DNA from: a virus
Lineage: Duplodnaviria > Caudoviricetes
Strand: one strand, 5' to 3'
Length of the DNA: 64,000 nucleotides
Virus record (IMG/VR): IMGVR_UViG_3300011832_000001
Span: 59,867-123,866 of that record
Under the pieces are notes generated by a model. That model did not search any database and was not told where the DNA came from. It saw only the letters and a program-made list of their open reading frames with translations. Both the position numbers and the translations under genes were made by a program. Every line of letters begins with the position of its first letter. The stretch's first letter is position 1. Shown here in pieces: positions 58,007 to 64,000 of the stretch.

Positions 58007-58495
58007 TTGAAACAAATTAATAACTATGTGGTCATACTGTCAGATGAACCCGATATGGACTTAAAATACTTTATGAGATTGATGCAGGACGTGGGAAGAG
58101 ACCTTACAGCACATAAGCATCAGATGCTTGCAAGAGACATTGAGCTTATCTATTACCTTGCTATATGGGACAGTCAAAGCTTCATGTTGCCTCTATTAGA
58201 AAAGTATCAGAAGCACTTCGAATCAAAAGGCATTCAAATTGGCTTTCACAAGCTTGATGACCATGTTAAATCAATCAGAGATGGGTCAGCATTGCTCTCT
58301 ATCTATCATGCATCCAACGGCATACCTAATGATGTAACGATGAACATACGGGCAATAGAGCCTCTATACAGACATATCACATTGGATGTTAATAAGTATT
58401 CCGATGGCGCTAAATATCATAAAGTCGCTATTAAGAATAATAAGGGCAAAGTAAGAGTATTGAAAGACAAAGGAATAAAGGAGATTGCCGAATGA
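58007..58495 (+). CDS. Hypothetical protein
   Basis: SigA-like promoter; AAGGA RBS. Confidence 0.6.
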   Translation: MKQINNYVVILSDEPDMDLKYFMRLMQDVGRDLTAHKHQMLARDIELIYYLAIWDSQSFMLPLLEKYQKHFESKGIQIGFHKLDDHVKSIRDGSALLSIYHASNGIPNDVTMNIRAIEPLYRHITLDVNKYSDGAKYHKVAIKNNKGKVRVLKDKGIKEIAE

Positions 58496-59091
58496 GTGAC
58501 AAGTTAATTAAAGAGACAGAGCTTATATTTGAGAACTTAGGCTTTTTGAATGATGAAGAATCCACACAGCGCATAGAGGAGACGCTACGGAATAACCTGA
58601 AACTCATGGCACTTAAAAATGATGATTTTCTTAAATATACGCTTAGTTGCATTGAGATAATTACTATACAGTATCGAAAGCTAACCATTGAACAGGCATA
58701 TGATTATGAAGAATTATCAGAAGAACAGCTCATTGCGAATATGAATAAAATTAATTTCCTTTTAGTATGGATTAAGAATTATAAATATGAATTTGATATC
58801 TTCTTTCTTAGTATGGCAAATGAATCATTTGAGAACGTATCATATCCTGTTGTATGGGCAAAGTATTATGACTTTATGAAGAATGTAATCATTAAGGTCA
58901 TTCACATTGATATAGAAGTTAATGTTATGGGCAAAACATATCCTTTATATGACTTCGATGATAGCATGAGCGACCTGAAAAATTTTATAACAGATGATGT
59001 TGAGAATGACACAAACCTAGAAATACTATCGAATGTAGATATGCATGATAAAATTGTCAATCATAAATATATCCGAGATGAGGAAAAATAA
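58492..59091 (+). CDS. Hypothetical protein
   Basis: ATGA overlap; AGGAG RBS. Confidence 0.6.
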   Translation: MSDKLIKETELIFENLGFLNDEESTQRIEETLRNNLKLMALKNDDFLKYTLSCIEIITIQYRKLTIEQAYDYEELSEEQLIANMNKINFLLVWIKNYKYEFDIFFLSMANESFENVSYPVVWAKYYDFMKNVIIKVIHIDIEVNVMGKTYPLYDFDDSMSDLKNFITDDVENDTNLEILSNVDMHDKIVNHKYIRDEEK

Positions 59092-59240
59092 GTTGTCTTA
59101 ACACCATGCAAAAATAAGTTCTCTTGACACTACTAAAATAATGGAACAGAAAAATAAGTTAAAAAAACATAGAAAAATATGTTGACGGCTTATAGAAAAA
59201 AATGCTATACTAAGACTATCAAATAATAAGTTGATAGGAG

Positions 59241-60130
59241 ATGGCAACAATGAAATTTATTTTAACTAATCGCGAAGATGGAGAAACATTCTCTGCAACA
59301 ACTGAATGTGTCATTCGAGTAATCGGAGCTTATAAACTGGAAAGATTGATGCGTGAGGTTCGTGAGACAGGTAAGCCAAACACTTCTCAATTCGAAGGAA
59401 ATTATGAATTGACTGTTAAAACAGATGAGCAATTCTTAATCGAAGATTTAGAGGAGCAAGCAAAGGGTCTTAGAAATCAATTGATTCGACTCGAAACTAA
59501 AATTAAAGAAGAAAAAATAAAATTGAACTTCAAAAAAGCAATGGGAGGAAATTTTAAATGAAAAGTTATGAAGTTGGCTATACATGGGAGCGTAAAGATT
59601 TTGAACACGAAGTAGTCGCTAGTGTCAAACATGAGAATGATGATGAAATCATGGTTCTTTTAATTAAACTTCGTCAATTCGGCTCAGAAAAGGTTGAATA
59701 TAATACTATGGAAGTTTTCGTTGGGAAGCGATATAATGTCTTCATTGTTGAAGAGGAGACCAAAAAACAAGTTTGGAAATTAAATGAGAAAGAGCTTAAA
59801 TACGGCGAAGCCTTCCAAGTGTTTAGTAAGAATATCCACCACTTAGGAGAAGGTTATGCAATCAATGTGGAGGAAATTGAAAATGATTAATTTAATTGGG
59901 AGAAAGGAGATTAAATAATGGAACTATTATTCGCAGTAGGTTTTATGATTCTATCGCTAGGTCTCCTCAAAGGTGGCTTACAATTATCTGAATTAATTGA
60001 TGATAACTGTACAGAGGAGCAATATAAATCGAAGAAGTTTGTAGAGATAGTCATTTCATATCTCGCTATGTCAGTAGCATTCTTCTTCTTATTAGCCTTA
60101 GCTTTGGTATATATTTTCTTTGCAGGATAA
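59241..60130 (+). other. Three small CDS (59241-59561, 59558-59890, 59918-60130 membrane)
   Basis: Promoter TTGACG-N17-TATACT; RBS. Confidence 0.6.
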
Positions 60131-60554
60131 GGAGGTTCAAATGATTTATCCATATAAAGAACGATGTACAATCTACTCAATATATGATTGGGAGCATGAT
60201 GTTGAGGTTTATCGAAACCTTCACAATAATAAATATAGCATTAGATGCTCGAAATCTAAACTGGTAATCGCACACGCAGATGAAGTTGGAATATTGGATG
60301 TTAAGTTTGTGGTTCATCAAGCAGGGCGAGAGAAAGTATTGAGTGAGAAAAGAAAAAATGTCCACGCTTATGTCAAAGGAAAAATATCAATGATTCATTA
60401 CCCTTCATGGGAGTTTGTTCAAAAAGTGAAATACAATCCTTATAGATTTGGATTCTTTTTCAACGCTAAAACAAAAGCTATTGTAAAAGAAGCTGATATG
60501 TGTTATATTAGTTTAGAAGGTATCTTAACTTATAAATCAAAGGAGAAATGCTAA
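60120..60554 (+). CDS. Widespread conserved phage protein of unknown function
   Basis: VYRNLH...AGREKVLSEKRKNVHAYVKG...YNPY motif; true start probably 60141. Confidence 0.65.
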   Translation: MQDKEVQMIYPYKERCTIYSIYDWEHDVEVYRNLHNNKYSIRCSKSKLVIAHADEVGILDVKFVVHQAGREKVLSEKRKNVHAYVKGKISMIHYPSWEFVQKVKYNPYRFGFFFNAKTKAIVKEADMCYISLEGILTYKSKEKC

Positions 60555-61748
60555 ATGATGGAATTAAACGGGAAACACAATACAGCTAAAGTATTCACCG
60601 ACAACGTGGATGAATTGACAATCTCACAAGTTATCGGTATGCTTAATGAACCATTCACGAAGGGAAGCAAGATTCGCATTATGCCCGATACACACGCAGG
60701 TAAGGGGTCTGTAATCGGTACTACAATGACAATTACAGATAAGGTAGTTCCGAATTTAGTTGGCGTTGACATTGGGTGTGGGATGCTATGCACTGAATTA
60801 GATATCAAGAAAGAAGATATTGATTTTGAGCTTCTTGATAAAGTGATTCGTAAACACGTACCAAGCGGTATGTCTATTCGCTCAAAGAAACACGTCTTAG
60901 CAGACGGTATTCGTTTTGATGATGTACGAGCACCATTCAACTTAGAACGTGCAGAAAAGTCTGTTGGTACACTAGGTGGAGGTAATCACTTCATTGAATT
61001 GAATGAAGGTTCAGATGGAAAGATTTATCTTGTTATTCATTCAGGAAGCCGTCATTTAGGAAAGCAAATTGCAGAATACTATCAAGACCTAGCATTCAAA
61101 TCATTATCTAATCAATTAGATGATATCACCAAAGCAATTGAAGAATTAAAGAAACAAGGTCGTCAAAATGAAATCTCATCTGTCATTGCTCAAATGAAAA
61201 AAGAACGTCCTGTAATCAATAAGGCTTTGGCTTATGTGACTGGAAAGAATATGGATGACTATTTAAATGATATTTCAATTGCTCAAGACTATGCATTTGC
61301 AAACCGAATCACTATGGCAACTGTAATTATGAATGAAATGACATGGTATGAAAATGACTGGTTCGATACTATTCATAACTATATTGATTTAGAGAACATG
61401 ATTCTTCGTAAAGGTGCTATCTCAGCTCAAAAAGATGAAGTTGTTATCATTCCAATGAATATGCGAGATGGTTCAATTATCGCAGTTGGTAAGGGAAACC
61501 CTGACTGGAACTATTCAGCACCACATGGCGCAGGTCGCATCATGTCACGCTCAAAAGCTAAAGAACAGGTAAAATTAAAAGACTTTGTTGACACAATGAA
61601 GGGCGTTTGGTCAACATCTGTTGTAGAATCTACGTTAGATGAATCACCATTCGCTTATAAGCCGATGCAAGAAATCATTGACAACATCGAAGATACAGTG
61701 TATATTAAAGATATCATTAAACCACTTTATAATTTTAAAGCTAAATAA
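60555..61748 (+). CDS. rtcB: RtcB RNA ligase
   Basis: MPDTHAG, VGVDIGCGM, GTLGGGNHF, IHSGSR, HNY, RKGA, SAPHGAGR, DESPFAYK. Confidence 0.96.
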   Translation: MMELNGKHNTAKVFTDNVDELTISQVIGMLNEPFTKGSKIRIMPDTHAGKGSVIGTTMTITDKVVPNLVGVDIGCGMLCTELDIKKEDIDFELLDKVIRKHVPSGMSIRSKKHVLADGIRFDDVRAPFNLERAEKSVGTLGGGNHFIELNEGSDGKIYLVIHSGSRHLGKQIAEYYQDLAFKSLSNQLDDITKAIEELKKQGRQNEISSVIAQMKKERPVINKALAYVTGKNMDDYLNDISIAQDYAFANRITMATVIMNEMTWYENDWFDTIHNYIDLENMILRKGAISAQKDEVVIIPMNMRDGSIIAVGKGNPDWNYSAPHGAGRIMSRSKAKEQVKLKDFVDTMKGVWSTSVVESTLDESPFAYKPMQEIIDNIEDTVYIKDIIKPLYNFKAK

Positions 61749-61925
61749 GGAGGATTTTAAATGAATTTATCTATGCTTATGGCTTTGTTTTCTTTTCTTG
61801 TTTTAATTGTACTGTTAATGATTTCAAAAGACCTTAAGAATTCAGTGCTCGCTATAATTTGGACTTTGGTTCTTGTCCTACATCTTCTTAAATTATTTGG
61901 AGTATTATAAAAAGGAGGATTAACA

Positions 61926-62351
61926 ATGAAACTAGATTATGGTTCAGGTGCTCAACCAAAACAAGGATATCTATCATCCGACTTTTGCGGAGCACCTAAC
62001 TATGATTTCTTCATTCAGGATTATCAAGTATTAGATGCTCAAGATGAATCCTTTGAAGAAATCCATTGTCGTAATGTTATCCATCACATTCCAAAGGAAG
62101 ACCTACCAAAGCTCACAGCAGAGTTTAAACGGCTTCTAAAGAACGGCGGACGATTAGTTATCTCAGAACCTCGCAAAGAGTTTCATAAGCAGAATCTAAT
62201 CTTAGATATCATTTGGTATCGCTTCTTAAAGAACGAAACTAAAATTAAGTTGCCCACTGAATACGTTGATTACAAAGAATATCTTAAAGATTTTGAGATG
62301 GTATCATCATACGACGAATTTAACAATGAGATTGTAACTTTTAAAAAATAA
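61926..62351 (+). CDS. Small class I SAM-dependent methyltransferase-like protein
   Basis: LDYGSG, NVIHHI, RLLKNGG. Confidence 0.8.
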   Translation: MKLDYGSGAQPKQGYLSSDFCGAPNYDFFIQDYQVLDAQDESFEEIHCRNVIHHIPKEDLPKLTAEFKRLLKNGGRLVISEPRKEFHKQNLILDIIWYRFLKNETKIKLPTEYVDYKEYLKDFEMVSSYDEFNNEIVTFKK

Positions 62352-62414
62352 GTGTTGCAATCTCTTTTTATATGGTGTATACTAAGAGTATCAAATGGAA
62401 GAGGTGATTAACAA

Positions 62415-63808
62415 ATGAAAAAACTATTTTTCGCTAAAGAGCTTATGACAAAAGATTATCAAACACACGGTCTAGTTGTCACAGTTGATGAGTTTCGACT
62501 AGGAACTATCGAACTCGATAAAGCGCCACATCTTGATACAGTAACGGTTTTCCATCATCATTACACAGATGGAGAAATCTATGCAAAAGAATTCTTTGCA
62601 GAAGTTGTCAGTGTTCTTTTCAAATACGAGCATGAGGTAGGTAGCTTTGAAGAAGCCGTTGAAGAACTTTCTTATATGGAATACTTTGAAGAGGAGAGAC
62701 TAGTATGAAATCACCAATTGAAGTAATGGCGAACGACTTTATTAAAAAAGCAGAGTCACAAGGTTGGTTTGGAACAGAGGTTCACAATGATTGGGGTAGT
62801 AATTACTCAATGGTCTTCCTTGAAAAGAAGACAGAGAATGAGAAAGTAACTATTGGAATCTTAACTGATATTCAATTCACTTTTGGTCGATTTGCTCATA
62901 TCGTAATTGAAAAAGAAGAATCTAGACGTGTTTATAAGGATGAGAAATATTTTAAAAAATACGAAAAAGAAGTTGAAAAATTATTCAAAAACAGTTGACT
63001 TATAACTCAATCTATTATATAATTAACTTAACAACAAAAAGGAGGAAATTAAAATGACAAACGAAATGAAAGCACAAGCACTCGATGCTTTGATGGAGCT
63101 AGGTAAAAAATGGGAAGTAACTGTAAGTGATGAGGTTTCTAACATCATTTCTGATGTCGCATACGACTTAGGTGTAAATTTACATTTTGAAACAAATGAA
63201 GAAAATAATACAGTAAAGGTTTATATGGACTAAGGAGGAAATAACAATGAAAATCAACGTACAGAAATCAACTAAACGCAAATTCATGGCACTTGAAGCA
63301 GGTACAGTTCTTTATGTAACATCAACCTATCATGGTGCTCAAGATGTTACGCTTATGGTTGTTAATATGCATAACGGAAGTGGGTTCAGCTTACTCAATT
63401 TAGAAACAGGAATGAAATGGGATGCCATAAACAACGGAAGAATTGAAGCAAAAATTTTCGAACAAGGATTGGTGTCAACAATCAATGATTTGCAGGAAAG
63501 TGGAAAGTATAACTTCACAAAAGTTAATGCTGAAATGACTGTTAAGATTTAAGGATAAAATGAAAGAACTAAAAGCTCATCTTGAGACTTTGAACAAACG
63601 ATTGAAGAATCTTAATAAAAGCATCAAGGTTCTTCAATCAGCTAATGGAGAGCGAAACATTCATATCAGTGGTATCGGAGCAATCAAAAAGCAAGTTGGA
63701 TTTACAGTTTCTCGAATCAAGGCAACAGAAATCGATATTGAAAATCTGAAAAAGGGAATTGAGAAAGAATCAATTCAATTATATGTTGGTGAGGATTTAC
63801 CACTTTAA
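62415..63808 (+). other. Small early-type CDS (62415-62708, 62705-62998, 63054-63233, 63247-63552, 63560-63808)
   Basis: SigA promoters and strong RBS. Confidence 0.6.
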
Positions 63809-63842
63809 TGAGCTAAAATATATCTAAGGAGATGGTATAATT

Positions 63843-64000
63843 ATGTGTAAACAAAAATCAGAGTGGTATGACGAATTTGAAAATGAAATTATCATGTTCG
63901 AATGTCATGAGTGTGGTCACATTGAAGATGCAGATGAGGAATATATGGAATGTCCTGAGTGCGAAAGTGGAGACTTCCATATGGAGACTAGTACAGCAGG
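63843..64000 (+). CDS. Zinc-ribbon protein (truncated by window end)
   Basis: MCKQKSEW...CHECG...CPECES; AGGAG upstream. Confidence 0.55.
   Translation, partial: MCKQKSEWYDEFENEIIMFECHECGHIEDADEEYMECPECESGDFHMETSTA

Overview
This window is a 64-kb piece of a large, AT-rich tailed phage of a low-GC Gram-positive (Bacillales-type) host, with SPbeta/Tsamsa-like siphovirus architecture. (1) 1-24.4 kb, minus strand: tyrosine recombinase, PIN-PhoH, phosphoesterase, terminase, portal, protease/scaffold, capsid, neck and tail genes, and the 5' part of the tape measure gene. The major tail gene is split by two group I introns that flank a 14-nt micro-exon. (2) 24.8-52 kb, plus strand: UvrD/PcrA helicase and a Ro60/TROVE-like vWA (DUF2828-type) gene. 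These are followed by an RNA island of about 5 kb with 25 tRNAs covering all 20 amino acids, a ~610-nt ROOL-like RNA, Y-RNA-like elements sharing an ACAGCAA bulge (five in all, one in the vWA gene leader), several orphan structured RNAs and two HNH genes. Many small accessory genes follow (nucleotidyltransferase, RuvC, SLOG, macrodomain, NADAR). (3) 53-58 kb: a mostly non-coding, repeat-rich region around a GC-richer leftward cassette. The cassette has four tandem WalR-type boxes at its promoter, a perfect type II hammerhead ribozyme between its genes, and an acidic 463-codon reading frame broken by one in-frame TAG. (4) 58-64 kb: small early-type genes, RtcB and a methyltransferase. Strongest candidates for an undescribed system: (a) the Ro60-like protein plus Y-like RNAs that display tRNA anticodon loops, with RtcB; (b) the WalR-box/hammerhead/amber cassette. 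All calls were made by eye; no searches or folding programs were run.
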